This document shows positions 27,636 through 37,031 of a DNA stretch of 64,000 nucleotides, one piece after another (positions within the stretch are counted from its first letter, which is position 1; every line of letters starts with the position of its first letter). Made by a program: the position numbers and the translations under genes. The notes under the pieces were generated by a model. That model made no database searches. It was not told the DNA's origin and saw only the letters and a program-made list of their open reading frames with translations. Source of the stretch: an uncultured Planctomycetales bacterium (GTDB lineage Bacteria; Omnitrophota; Gorgyraeia; Gygaellales; Profunditerraquicolaceae); the NCBI GenBank assembly GCA_964545575.1, contig CAZJFL010000001.1, positions 69,878 through 133,877 of the forward strand, written 5' to 3'.

Positions 27636-27663
27636 ATTATAGCGGGTGCGGCATAACTGTCAA
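27636..27663 (-). promoter_or_regulatory. Consensus sigma70 promoter, probably giving a leaderless mRNA
   Basis: TTGACA-N16-TATAAT-N6-ATG. Confidence 0.65.
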
Positions 27664-27688
27664 CTTGAAAATTATATTTGGTTTACGA

Positions 27689-28648
27689 TTACCGACAGTG
27701 CACTACGTCCCCGGCCATCACCTTCTGGGTTAATCCGGAATCCCTCCTTAAGAGCAGGCCTCCGTCGGTATCAATACCCACTGCCTCCCCCTCCATGTGT
27801 GCCTCATGGGAAATAACCTTTATCCTCCTGCCGAGAGTCAGATTAAAAATATGCCATTTATCAATGATCACCTTGGCTGTTTTTTTCTGAAAAAGCAGGT
27901 AATTAAATTCTATGCGGCGCAATATCTCCTGAAGCAAAACAATGCGGTTTACTTCTTCCCTCTTTTGCTCCTTTAATGAGGTAGCGCCTTCTACCAGTGC
28001 TTTCTTATCGTTGTTGACGTTTAAGCCTATGCCGATAACGATAAAACGGATTTCGTCGGTCTCGGCACTCAATTCAGTCAGTATTCCGCCGACTTTTTTA
28101 TTATGGATCAGGACGTCGTTAGGCCATTTAATCTTGGCCTCTAATCCGCAGGTTTCCTTTATTGCCTCGCAGATACTTACCGCAGCCATAAGCGTCAGGA
28201 TCGGCGATTGCGCCGGCATAATCTTAGGCCTTAAGACCAAAGATAAATATATACCCTGATATTTAGGCGAAATCCATGCCCTGCCGAGCCTGCCCTTGCC
28301 TCTGGTTTGCGCTTCGGCTACCACCACCGCCCCTTCCGGGCAGCCGCTAATCCCCATCTGGGCTGCGATGCCCATAGTCGAGGGCACCGTTTCCAGATAA
28401 CAGATTTTTCTACCGATGAACTTTGTGTTCAGGCCGTGGCTTATCTCACCCGCCAGGAGCCTGTCCGGCGAAGAAAGTAACTGATAACCTAAGTGCGGGA
28501 CAGCCACAATGTCATAGCCAGTATCCCTTAATTCCTGGATATGCTTCCATAATGCCTGGCGGCTTATCCCTAAACGTTCGCTTATTTCTTCTCCGGAGGC
28601 GTATTCCGATTTTTTCTTCAGGAATTCAAGGATTTTATCCCGTATCAT
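27689..28648 (-). CDS. birA: Bifunctional biotin ligase/repressor
   Basis: N-terminal HTH (SGEEISERLGISRQALWKHI), QTRGKGRLGRAW, KWPND, KVGGIL. Confidence 0.96.
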   Translation of the reverse strand: MIRDKILEFLKKKSEYASGEEISERLGISRQALWKHIQELRDTGYDIVAVPHLGYQLLSSPDRLLAGEISHGLNTKFIGRKICYLETVPSTMGIAAQMGISGCPEGAVVVAEAQTRGKGRLGRAWISPKYQGIYLSLVLRPKIMPAQSPILTLMAAVSICEAIKETCGLEAKIKWPNDVLIHNKKVGGILTELSAETDEIRFIVIGIGLNVNNDKKALVEGATSLKEQKREEVNRIVLLQEILRRIEFNYLLFQKKTAKVIIDKWHIFNLTLGRRIKVISHEAHMEGEAVGIDTDGGLLLRRDSGLTQKVMAGDVVHCR

Positions 28649-28653
28649 TTTTT

Positions 28654-29031
28654 TCAGGAAGGATTTTTCTTGCGGTAATCTTCGATAGCTGACTTTAGAG
28701 CTTCTTCCGCTAAAACCGAGCAGTGCATCTTAACCGGTGGCAGCCCCCCTAAAGCCTCTGCTACTGCCTTATTGGAAATCTCTAATGCCTCTTTGATGTT
28801 TTTGCCCTTGATCATTTCCGTAACCATGGAGCTGGTAGCTATGGCTGCGCCGCAGCCGAAGGTTTTAAATTTAGCGTCGGTAATTATCCCATCTTTAACT
28901 TTTATATAGAGCTCCATGATGTCTCCGCAGATAGGATTGCCGACCTTGCCCCTGCCGTCGGGATTTTCGATTTCTCCGACATTGCGCGGATGCAGAAAGT
29001 GATCCATTACTTTTTCGCTATAATTCTCCAT
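28654..29031 (-). CDS. iscU: Fe-S scaffold IscU/NifU-N
   Basis: NPICGD, FGCGAAIA, LPPVKMHCS. Confidence 0.95.
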   Translation of the reverse strand: MENYSEKVMDHFLHPRNVGEIENPDGRGKVGNPICGDIMELYIKVKDGIITDAKFKTFGCGAAIATSSMVTEMIKGKNIKEALEISNKAVAEALGGLPPVKMHCSVLAEEALKSAIEDYRKKNPS

Positions 29032-29032
29032 T

Positions 29033-30193
29033 TTATCCTTTATAAAGCGGCGACATCTTGCGCAGTTTTTCTACCACCGACGGCAATTGCTCTAATAAAT
29101 AATCAACATCTTCTTTGCTAGTCCATCTGCCTAAAGTAATACGCAATGAACCATGAGCAATCTCATGGGGCAGGCCGATGGCTAATAATACGTGCGAAGG
29201 CTCTAAGGAACTAGAAGTGCAGGCAGAGCCGGTAGAAGCGGCAATTCCCAGCATATCCAGGCTAAGCAGTATCGACTCTCCTTCAATATACTTTATGGAA
29301 AAGTTTACGTTATTAGGCAGCCTTTTTGTGGCGTGGCCGTTTAGATAAACCTCAGGAATCCTCTTGGGGATTTCTGCAATCAGCCTATCGCGCAAACTGC
29401 TCTGTGCCTTCGCTTCCTCTTCCATCTTGTCGCTACAAAGTTCTATCGCCTTTGCTAACCCCACTATCCCCGGTGTATTATGCGTCGAGGCCCGCCTGTC
29501 TCTTTCCTGGTCTCCGCCGTGTAAAAACCTTTCAATGCGCGTGCCTCGTCTGATGTATAAAGCGCCAACGCCTTTCGGACCGTAAAATTTATGGGCAGAG
29601 AGGGATAACAAATCTACGCCCAGAGTATTTACGTTAACCGGTATATGTCCTACGGTCTGCACTGCGTCGCTATGAAAATAAATCCCTTTTTCCCGGGCGA
29701 TTTTGCCGATATCCGCTATCGGCTGGATAGTGCCGATTTCATTATTGGCGTGCATCACTGAAATAAGAATGGTTTTATCGGTAATTGCCTTTTTAATCTT
29801 GGCGGGATCAACCAGGCCGTATTTATCCACCCCCACAACCGAAATTTCAAAGCCCCTCTTCTCTAAAAACTTGGCCGGCTCACCAACCGCATGGTGCTCA
29901 ATAGCCGAGATAATGATGTGATTTCCTTTTTTCTCGTTTGCATAAGCAACACCTTCGAGAGCAAAATTATTTGCTTCGGTTCCCCCGGAGGTAAAAACGA
30001 TCTCCTCGGGTTTTGCGCCGAGGAAGGAAGCGACTTTTTCGCGGGCATCCTCGATTGCCTTTTTAGCTTCCTGTCCGTAAGTATGGATACTGGAGGGATT
30101 GCCGAACAGCTCAAAGAAATAAGGCTCCATCGCCTTGATCACTTCGGGGTCGGTGGGGGTAGTGGCAGCGTAATCTAAATATACTCTTTTCAT
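29033..30193 (-). CDS. iscS: Cysteine desulfurase
   Basis: YLDYAATTP, SAHKFYGPKG, STGSACTS. Confidence 0.95.
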   Translation of the reverse strand: MKRVYLDYAATTPTDPEVIKAMEPYFFELFGNPSSIHTYGQEAKKAIEDAREKVASFLGAKPEEIVFTSGGTEANNFALEGVAYANEKKGNHIIISAIEHHAVGEPAKFLEKRGFEISVVGVDKYGLVDPAKIKKAITDKTILISVMHANNEIGTIQPIADIGKIAREKGIYFHSDAVQTVGHIPVNVNTLGVDLLSLSAHKFYGPKGVGALYIRRGTRIERFLHGGDQERDRRASTHNTPGIVGLAKAIELCSDKMEEEAKAQSSLRDRLIAEIPKRIPEVYLNGHATKRLPNNVNFSIKYIEGESILLSLDMLGIAASTGSACTSSSLEPSHVLLAIGLPHEIAHGSLRITLGRWTSKEDVDYLLEQLPSVVEKLRKMSPLYKG

Positions 30194-30984
30194 TTCTTAA
30201 ATACCTCATTCATGCTTCCGGTACGATAACCTTCCAAATCAACAGTGATGTAATTATATCCTAAACTCTTCAGCCTATCCAGTATAAAATCCCTTTTCTT
30301 TATCAGCCCCGGTATATCATATTTAGGCACTTCTATACGGCAGAGGCCGTGGTAATGCCTTAATCTCACCTGAGCAAAACCTTGTTTTCTTAAAAAATTT
30401 TCCGCGCGGTTAATCCGGGATAATAAAAGAGGCGATATTTTTATACCGTAGGGAATCCTTGAAGCCAGGCAGGCCAACGACGGCTTATCTGCCGTAGGCA
30501 GCCCTAAGGCTTTGCTTTGTTTGCGGATATCCTGCTTGGTAAAACCGGCCTCTTGTAAAGGAGAACGGACTTTTAATTCAATTCCTGCGATATTGCCCGG
30601 ACGGAAATCTCCTAAGTCAGAAACATTGCTGGCGTCAGCGATAAAGTTTAATTTATTTTTTTGGGCAAGGCCTTTTAAGCGGCTAAAAAGTTCCCTTTTA
30701 CAAAAATAACAGCGGTTAACCGGATTAGAAACGAACTTTTCGTTTTTTAATTCGCGGGTGTGGATGATTTTATGCCGCATCCTAAGTTTACGCGCCATCT
30801 TTTTCGCAAAAACCAGCTCTTCGGCGGGGTAAGTCGCGGAATCCGCCGTAACCGCCAAAACCTTATCTCCCAAAGCTTCTTGCGCCACCTTAAGAAGAAA
30901 AGTACTATCCAGGCCTCCGGAATAAGCGACCAGAACCGAACCCATATTTTTTAAGATTTTCTTTAGCTTCTCTAACTTATTCAT
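30190..30984 (-). CDS. larE: ATP-dependent sulfur transferase LarE
   Basis: AYSGGLDS, RCYFCK, RPG, ACLASRIPYG, GYRTGS; start reassigned to MNKLEK. Confidence 0.92.
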   Translation of the reverse strand: MNKLEKLKKILKNMGSVLVAYSGGLDSTFLLKVAQEALGDKVLAVTADSATYPAEELVFAKKMARKLRMRHKIIHTRELKNEKFVSNPVNRCYFCKRELFSRLKGLAQKNKLNFIADASNVSDLGDFRPGNIAGIELKVRSPLQEAGFTKQDIRKQSKALGLPTADKPSLACLASRIPYGIKISPLLLSRINRAENFLRKQGFAQVRLRHYHGLCRIEVPKYDIPGLIKKRDFILDRLKSLGYNYITVDLEGYRTGSMNEVFKK

Positions 30985-31009
30985 AAATAAGGAGTGTCTG
31001 TAATTGAAG

Positions 31010-31111
31010 TGAGTTTGTGTGAGTTTTGCGGGTGGCGCGAAGTGTTTTAAAGGAGCATGATGCGACGAGAAACACGAAGCGACAGGACCCGCAAAACTAA
31101 AAACGAACCTC
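31010..31111. repeat. Branched palindromic element
   Basis: Outer stem agttttgcgggt/acccgcaaaact, inner gtgttt/aaacac, loop GGAGCATGATGCGAC. Confidence 0.6.
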
Positions 31112-31504
31112 CATTGCACGGGTAGGACACACCTTCACGCACAACTCGCAGGCGATACATTTATTATCATAAAAATGGACTTTGCGCGTAATCGGATCTA
31201 TCGCTAAAGCCCCGGTAGGGCAAATGGGCACGCAGACTCCGCAGTCAGTGCATTTGACTTCGTTACGGATGACATCCTGACTTAAAGGCTGGATCCGCAC
31301 GCCACAGGACTCTAAATATTTCATACCTTGATTAAAGTTTTTATCCTCACCGGCGAGCTCCAAAACCATCAACCCTTCTTCCTGCGGCGTAACATAAGCC
31401 TTGAGGATATTAAACTGCAGGTCATACTCCTTGACTAGCTTATAAATAATCGGCTGGTCCACCAGCCGGTGCGGAAAATGCAGAACTACGCGTTTGGAAA
31501 TCAT
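31097..31504 (-). CDS. NIL-domain plus 2[4Fe-4S] ferredoxin (MA1822-like partner of aspartate-semialdehyde sulfurtransferase)
   Basis: [20 protein letters not shown]; [24 protein letters not shown]; start MISKRV. Confidence 0.88.
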   Translation of the reverse strand: MISKRVVLHFPHRLVDQPIIYKLVKEYDLQFNILKAYVTPQEEGLMVLELAGEDKNFNQGMKYLESCGVRIQPLSQDVIRNEVKCTDCGVCVPICPTGALAIDPITRKVHFYDNKCIACELCVKVCPTRAMEVRF

Positions 31505-31722
31505 ACTGCAATCACCTCTTTTACTTGCGGGACTTCCTGCTTTATAATCCGCTCGATACCCATCTTTAAAGTTATCTGGCTCATCGGGCAACACCCGCAG
31601 GCCCCGGTAAGTTTTACTTTGACTATACCATCATCGCTAACATCTACTAATTCCACATCTCCGCCATCAGCAGCAAGCATCTGTTTTACTTTCTCTAAGA
31701 CCTTCTCTACTTGTTCGCGCAT
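31501..31722 (-). CDS. NfuA/NifU-C Fe-S carrier
   Basis: [19 protein letters not shown]; GGAGGA SD before ATG 31722. Confidence 0.92.
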   Translation of the reverse strand: MREQVEKVLEKVKQMLAADGGDVELVDVSDDGIVKVKLTGACGCCPMSQITLKMGIERIIKQEVPQVKEVIAV

Positions 31723-31751
31723 GTTATCCTCCACTAATGATCATGTGAATT

Positions 31752-31842
31752 AATGCACACGATGATTAGCAAAGCTAATCATCGTGTGTAAATTCAGGCA
31801 GAGACTTGCGTTCGCTCACGCTCCGCAAGTCTCGCCTTCATT
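31752..31842. repeat. Two abutting hairpin elements (AATG...AAATT on +, AATGA...GAATT on -)
   Basis: cacacgatgattagc-aaa-gctaatcatcgtgtg; reverse strand AATGAAGGCGAGACTTGC-GGAGCGTGAGCGAAC-GCAAGTCTCTGCCTGAATT. Confidence 0.7.
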
Positions 31843-31853
31843 TAATTATATCA

Positions 31854-33053
31854 CTAAATAGCCCTCTCTTTCAAGGGCTTAAAGGCATAGCCTGAATCTG
31901 CCCCGGGTAAAGCTGCCACGGGTTCGGTGAGCATAAAATCACGCTTTTCAATCCAGGCTTTCAATTCCTGCGCGATCTCCCGCGCCTTGGAATAACTGGA
32001 GAGGTTTCCGGTAGGGATCTCCTTGCCCTGCACCTTGATTTTACCGGATTTTAACTGGCTGTAACTAACCTCGGCTAAACTACCCGGAATCATCTGGGGA
32101 TAACTCTGGCTGTAATCTACTACCTGAGCATAAATCTCCTCGTCTTTGGCTGCTGCGTATTTAACCGTCTCTTCATCTAATATAGGTATGGGAACGCCAA
32201 TACCCACGGTCAGGGTTACGCCGTAACCTAACATACTCGTCCCCACCAGCCATTCGGGTTTCATCTGCTTTAAGTCTCCGATTACTGCCAGTGTCCCGGC
32301 AGGGGCTTGGGGGATACCGTTATCCGTCCTCTTTACTCCCGGATTATGCTGGGTGCCGTGCCAGGCGACATACCCGATACCTCCGCCTAACCAGATCTTG
32401 GTACCCACTCCGATAGTCTTGTAATTTGGGTCCTTTAACAAAGGGGAAAGCTGGCCGGCAGAGCAATAATTAGCATTACCCAGATGCGGCTTTAATACGC
32501 CCATATAAGTATAAATTATTTTATCCGAAAGATTCACCGCCACATTATAGTTCTGATAGCAGTTACGGATATTAAAAAGTACGGCCTCATTCAAATCCTT
32601 GATATTGATCAGCGTTTCCAGTTTCTTGCGCGGATAACAGTCTGTGCCGTAAGCACTCGCCTCCAGGCGGATATCCTTGCCGGCAACCAACTCCTGAATT
32701 ACGTGCCCGCCGCCGTATTTGAATTCTCCCGGGAAGACTTTATTGCGCGGGTCATCGTCGGGCATGGCAGTTGCGCCCAGATAAAAATCCATGGCCGCAA
32801 AACCGGTATAAACCGGCACATCGTTTAGTTTACATATTCCGCCGCCTAATTTTATTCGAGGGCGAGAGTGGCCGATATTAAAATAAGCGCCGGATGAACA
32901 CATCGGCCCGAAAGTTCCGGTAGTGACCACGTCTACTTCCTCTGCCGCCTTAGCCGAGCCTTTTTTAGCCACTAGGTCAATGATTTCTTCCGCCGTAACT
33001 ATCACGGCTTGGCCTTTTTTAATCTTCTCATTAATCTCTTTAATCGTCCTCAT
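31854..33053 (-). CDS. Homocysteine biosynthesis protein (L-aspartate semialdehyde sulfurtransferase, DUF39/MA1821-like, no CBS tail)
   Basis: RTIKEINEKI, VDVVTTGTFGPMCSSG, YGGGHVI, TDCYPR, GTQHNP. Confidence 0.9.
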   Translation of the reverse strand: MRTIKEINEKIKKGQAVIVTAEEIIDLVAKKGSAKAAEEVDVVTTGTFGPMCSSGAYFNIGHSRPRIKLGGGICKLNDVPVYTGFAAMDFYLGATAMPDDDPRNKVFPGEFKYGGGHVIQELVAGKDIRLEASAYGTDCYPRKKLETLINIKDLNEAVLFNIRNCYQNYNVAVNLSDKIIYTYMGVLKPHLGNANYCSAGQLSPLLKDPNYKTIGVGTKIWLGGGIGYVAWHGTQHNPGVKRTDNGIPQAPAGTLAVIGDLKQMKPEWLVGTSMLGYGVTLTVGIGVPIPILDEETVKYAAAKDEEIYAQVVDYSQSYPQMIPGSLAEVSYSQLKSGKIKVQGKEIPTGNLSSYSKAREIAQELKAWIEKRDFMLTEPVAALPGADSGYAFKPLKERAI

Positions 33054-33077
33054 TATTCTTTCCTCCTTACCACCTAT

Positions 33078-33998
33078 TTAAACAAATAAATCGGTAGAAA
33101 GATACCTCTCTCCGGTATCCGGTAAAATTACCACGATAAGTTTGCCTTTATTCTCCAGCCGTTTTCCCACCTGGACTGCTGCCCAGGCCGCGGCACCCGA
33201 AGAAACTCCGGCCAATATCCCCTCTTCTTTGCTCAACCGCTGCGCCGTGGCTTTGGCATCGTCGTAACTGACCTGAATAATCTCATCGATAATTTTACGG
33301 TTCAGCACCTCCGGCACAAAGCCGGCGCCGATACCCTGAATTTTATGCGCTCCCGCCTTACCCCCGGATAATACCGGGGAATCCTTCGGCTCTACGGCCA
33401 CTGCCTTAAAAGAAAGCTTCTTCTGTTTGATTACCTCTGAAATACCGGTAATGGTACCGCCGGTGCCTACGCCGGACACTAAAATATCTATTTTACCTCG
33501 CGTATCCTCCCAGATCTCTATTGCCGTGGTGCGGCGGTGAACCTCCGGGTTTGCCAGATTCTGAAACTGCTGCAGCAGAAGATAACGCTTATCTGTCTTG
33601 GCTAAATCTTGCGCCCTTCTGACGGAGCCCGACATACCCTCGGCTCCCGGAGTAAGAATAATTTCCGCTCCGAAGGCAGAAAGAAGCTGGCGGCGTTCGA
33701 TACTCATCGTCTCCGGCATGGTCAGGACTAACTTATAACCCTTGACTGCACAGACGAAAGCCAAGGCAATCCCGGTGTTACCCGAAGTCGGTTCAATAAG
33801 AATAGTATCTTTTTTAATCTTACCTTCAATCTCGGCCTTCTCAATCATGCTCAAGCCGATCCTGTCCTTGACCGAAGAGCAGGGATTAAAGGACTCTAAT
33901 TTGGCAACCACCTCTGCGTTGCACTCTTTGGTAATCCGGTTTAAACGCACCAGAGGAGTATTTCCTATGAGTTTAGTGATATCTTTGGCAATCTGCAT
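33078..33998 (-). CDS. cysK: Cysteine synthase A
   Basis: [33 protein letters not shown]. Confidence 0.96.
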   Translation of the reverse strand: MQIAKDITKLIGNTPLVRLNRITKECNAEVVAKLESFNPCSSVKDRIGLSMIEKAEIEGKIKKDTILIEPTSGNTGIALAFVCAVKGYKLVLTMPETMSIERRQLLSAFGAEIILTPGAEGMSGSVRRAQDLAKTDKRYLLLQQFQNLANPEVHRRTTAIEIWEDTRGKIDILVSGVGTGGTITGISEVIKQKKLSFKAVAVEPKDSPVLSGGKAGAHKIQGIGAGFVPEVLNRKIIDEIIQVSYDDAKATAQRLSKEEGILAGVSSGAAAWAAVQVGKRLENKGKLIVVILPDTGERYLSTDLFV

Positions 33999-34012
33999 AC
34001 TCTCTCCTTGAA

Positions 34013-34453
34013 TTAAATCTGATAAATAAAAGCGGGGTCCTGCCTCTTTATTTTCTTTGCCAAATCTTCAAAGGTAACGCTGTCGATAATTCCAGAGGTG
34101 GACTCAGCAACCTTAGTCCAGATATCCCTAAAGGCGCATTTATAGATATCGCTGCAGCCCCGGTATTTCTTATCCACGCAAGCAATGGGTTCAATGGGCC
34201 CATCAATAAACCTGATCACCTCACCCAGTCTTATCTCTGACGGTGCCTTAGCTAAAAGATAACCCCCTATTTTGCCGCGCCGGCTTTCGACAAAGCTGCC
34301 TCTTTTTAAATCCAGAAGTATCTGCTCCAAAAATTTAACCGGGATATCCGCCCGCTTAGCCAGCTCATGAATAGCCACCGGGCTCTCCCCGTAATGCAAG
34401 GCTAAATCCAGAATCGTCTTTAAGGCGTAATCCCCTTTATAAGTAATACGCAT
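34013..34453 (-). CDS. Rrf2-family transcriptional regulator (CymR/IscR-like)
   Basis: [25 protein letters not shown]-terminal Cys triad. Confidence 0.93.
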   Translation of the reverse strand: MRITYKGDYALKTILDLALHYGESPVAIHELAKRADIPVKFLEQILLDLKRGSFVESRRGKIGGYLLAKAPSEIRLGEVIRFIDGPIEPIACVDKKYRGCSDIYKCAFRDIWTKVAESTSGIIDSVTFEDLAKKIKRQDPAFIYQI

Positions 34454-34469
34454 AGTTATATCCTATAAT

Positions 34470-34514
34470 CTCTATCAACATAGTAGAGTATACTGAGAAA
34501 ACGTATTTTGTCAA
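34470..34514 (-). promoter_or_regulatory. Promoter plus imperfect palindromic operator upstream of the Rrf2 gene
   Basis: TTGACA-N16-TATACT followed by CTCTACTATGTTGATAGAG. Confidence 0.55.
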
Positions 34515-35287
34515 GTATTTTTTTTAATTAACTCCTTGGCTACCTTTTCTCCGGCAAGAAGCATTCCGCCGAAAATCGGCCCCATGCGCGGGCCCCCGAA
34601 TACCGCGTTTGCGCACATGCCGCAGGCATATAACCCGGGGCAGATTTCTTTTGAGTTCTTTACAATCGTATCCTCTCCTACCTCTGCCCACATAGACTGT
34701 TCACCCATGATTTTTCCGGTTTTTGTCTTCAGCCGGATGCCGGATTTCTTCTCAATAATCCGGGCTATCTCCGCAGGATGGCCGGTGGCATCCACCACGA
34801 ATTTAGCGCGCATACTAATGGGGTCAACATGCAGATCGGCTATTTCAACCGCTGTCCAGTTTAATACCAGCCCCACTACTTTCTTATTGCGCACCATCAC
34901 GTCTTCGGCGCTGATAAGATTAAAAATTTTCAAACCCGCCTTTACCGCCTTAGAGCAAATAGTTGAAACTGATTCGATGGAATCCGCTAAATAATAGCCT
35001 CGGGCGTAGCGTCTGCTTTTAATGCCAAACTCATCCAGTATCCTTCTGGCTTTCTCCTGGACCACAATTTCATTAAACATCATACCCCCGCCCCACATGC
35101 CGCCGCCGACGGAAAGCTTTCTTTCAAAAAGCACTACTTTTTTTCCTGCCTTGGCTAAATAATAACCGCAAACCATACCTGCCGGGCCGGCGCCGACAAT
35201 AGCCACCTCAACATCAAGTGCTGCAACCAGCTTATCTTTATAAGATTCTATGATTGCATTGGAAATCACTATTTCATCTAACTTCAT
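34511..35287 (-). CDS. thi4: Sulfide-dependent thiazole synthase (non-Cys Thi4)
   Basis: [36 protein letters not shown]. Confidence 0.95.
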   Translation of the reverse strand: MKLDEIVISNAIIESYKDKLVAALDVEVAIVGAGPAGMVCGYYLAKAGKKVVLFERKLSVGGGMWGGGMMFNEIVVQEKARRILDEFGIKSRRYARGYYLADSIESVSTICSKAVKAGLKIFNLISAEDVMVRNKKVVGLVLNWTAVEIADLHVDPISMRAKFVVDATGHPAEIARIIEKKSGIRLKTKTGKIMGEQSMWAEVGEDTIVKNSKEICPGLYACGMCANAVFGGPRMGPIFGGMLLAGEKVAKELIKKNT

Positions 35288-35311
35288 TTTAGTCTCCTCC
35301 CTTAACCCTTA

Positions 35312-35350
35312 ATAAATAGGAAACCCTTATGCCAAATACATAAGGGTTAT
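35312..35350 (-). terminator. Riboswitch expression-platform terminator
   Basis: AACCCTTATG-TATTTGG-CATAAGGGTT then TCCTATTTATT. Confidence 0.55.
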
Positions 35351-35365
35351 ACACATTCACTCCTC

Positions 35366-35458
35366 CTTTTCCTACGCTGGTATTATCCAGATCAGGTTAT
35401 CAGGGTCACCCCGCTTAAGCGGGGACTCTCAGGCCGTTATCACGACCTCCCCATAATC
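35366..35458 (-). ncRNA. TPP riboswitch
   Basis: GGGGAG...CTGAGA...ACCCTGATAACCTGATCTGGATAATACCAGCGTAGG upstream of thi4. Confidence 0.93.
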
Positions 35459-35467
35459 TTATTTATT

Positions 35468-36196
35468 TTAATGCCCCAGCCTTTTTTGCAGGAAGGCGCG
35501 GAATTCAGGCGGAAACTCAATCTTAGCCCTGCCGGCAGAACACTTATCCAGGCTATCGATAATCTTAGGTAACATTTTGTAAGGAAAAGTAAGAATCAAT
35601 TTATCTTTTTCTACGTTGCACATTTTTCTGGCAGTATAGTCGTAAAAGGAGAGGTTAATTTCTCCGCTGAGCAATGGATAAATGATGCTTAAGCGGCAGG
35701 TCGGCCCGCCCATCTTGATTTTCGGCATCACCCCATCAAAAAAAGTAGCAAAAGTAAGCAAGCGGCAGGCCTGTTCGGCATTAACAATAAAAATCACCAA
35801 TTGCGGCTCTGCTTCGCACTTCTCTAGAGGAGAGAGTAAAAAGCGCTTTCCGGAATTATCCGGAACATCTTCGATCTGCGACAAGAGCTTATCCAAGGCC
35901 TCATAAGAACAAAAAAGCTTCTCCCCTTCTACTACAAATTTACGGATCATCCCCAAAACCTCGGGGTCTTTAACCCGGTGAAAACCTAAATGCCAGGAAG
36001 CGCCGAAACAGGCGTTATTCGCTTTATCTAATTCAATTACCTCGCCCTTTCCTGCTTCAAGGATTGCCCGGCAGATACGTATTTTTTTCTCTGCCGGCTT
36101 AGCACTTGCACCCTCAAGCAGGCTTACCCCCAGCGGGCTGTATTCTAAACCTAAGAGTTCTTTTAAAGTTTGCGCGTAGCCTTGCCAGTCTTTCAT
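35468..36196 (-). CDS. DUF169-family protein
   Basis: LGLEYSPLGV, RICRAI, CFGASWHLGF, PQLVIFIVNAEQACRL. Confidence 0.75.
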   Translation of the reverse strand: MKDWQGYAQTLKELLGLEYSPLGVSLLEGASAKPAEKKIRICRAILEAGKGEVIELDKANNACFGASWHLGFHRVKDPEVLGMIRKFVVEGEKLFCSYEALDKLLSQIEDVPDNSGKRFLLSPLEKCEAEPQLVIFIVNAEQACRLLTFATFFDGVMPKIKMGGPTCRLSIIYPLLSGEINLSFYDYTARKMCNVEKDKLILTFPYKMLPKIIDSLDKCSAGRAKIEFPPEFRAFLQKRLGH

Positions 36197-36198
36197 CG

Positions 36199-36867
36199 CT
36201 ATTTAGATTTAATCGCCAAAATCTTAATTAAGTCAGCTGCGTCTTCTATCTTATCCGTCACTCCTTCAAGGTACTCTGCCAGCTGGTAGCAAAGAAGCAA
36301 ACTGGTTGGCTCAAGTTTTTCGTGAATAATCGCTTCGATCAGGGTTTTCTTCTGGTCATCGGCTTGATGCTCCAGCCGGTCTACCTCTTCGCAATCTGTC
36401 AATGCTTTTTTAAGGTCGTTTTTGGAAAGCGACTGGATCCCCTCTTTTAGTTTAGAGATAGAGTTAACGATTAATTCCGTTGCCGATGAGATATTCTTTA
36501 AAATGCTCTCCGGAAGCTTCTGCTCGATAAACCCTAAGATGCGCGCAGCACCATTAGTCCAATCGGCAATCTTATCCAGGGTCTTGACAAAATGCATCAG
36601 GTCTTCCCGGTCCGGAGGAAGAAGCAGGCTCTCGGCAAGCTCGCTGACCATTTTCGACCTTAAAGTATCTGCCTCATGCTCGCTAACTCTGACGTTTTCA
36701 ATCGCCACGGTCTTGGCATTTAAATCCCCCTGAATAAACGCGCGCACTGCCTCGGAAAAATGGGTCACGGTTTTATAAGTCTCCTCCACGTGCTTCTGGG
36801 CATCCTTTAAAATAGAGAGCTCCTCAGCCATTCCTAACCAACCTAAGATATTCCTCGTTTCTTTCAT
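36199..36867 (-). CDS. DUF47/PhoU-like phosphate transport regulator
   Basis: EHEADTLR, PDREDL, EHQAD, DKIEDAAD; next to PiT. Confidence 0.9.
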   Translation of the reverse strand: MKETRNILGWLGMAEELSILKDAQKHVEETYKTVTHFSEAVRAFIQGDLNAKTVAIENVRVSEHEADTLRSKMVSELAESLLLPPDREDLMHFVKTLDKIADWTNGAARILGFIEQKLPESILKNISSATELIVNSISKLKEGIQSLSKNDLKKALTDCEEVDRLEHQADDQKKTLIEAIIHEKLEPTSLLLCYQLAEYLEGVTDKIEDAADLIKILAIKSK

Positions 36868-36881
36868 CTTTTACCTCCTTA

Positions 36882-36968
36882 AATGAGCAGAAAACTTACG
36901 GAGCGAATGAAATGAGCGACGTAAGTTTTAGCGTCCGTTATTTACTTGCCTATCAGCGTCTGCGAATT
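36882..36968 (+). repeat. AATGA...GAATT palindromic element (copy 2)
   Basis: AATGAGCAGAAAACTTAC-GGAGCGAATGAAATGAGCGAC-GTAAGTTTT...TCTGCGAATT. Confidence 0.65.
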
Positions 36969-37031
36969 TACTCCGCTGCAGCAATCGTATTAATAACCAG
37001 CGGAGCAACAATCCATAGCTAATGCCCTTAC

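Noticed and set aside
30985-31119. larE N-terminal extension, and the 31505-31594 extension of the ferredoxin ORF
   Set aside because: They translate a palindromic element and the nfuA gene respectively.
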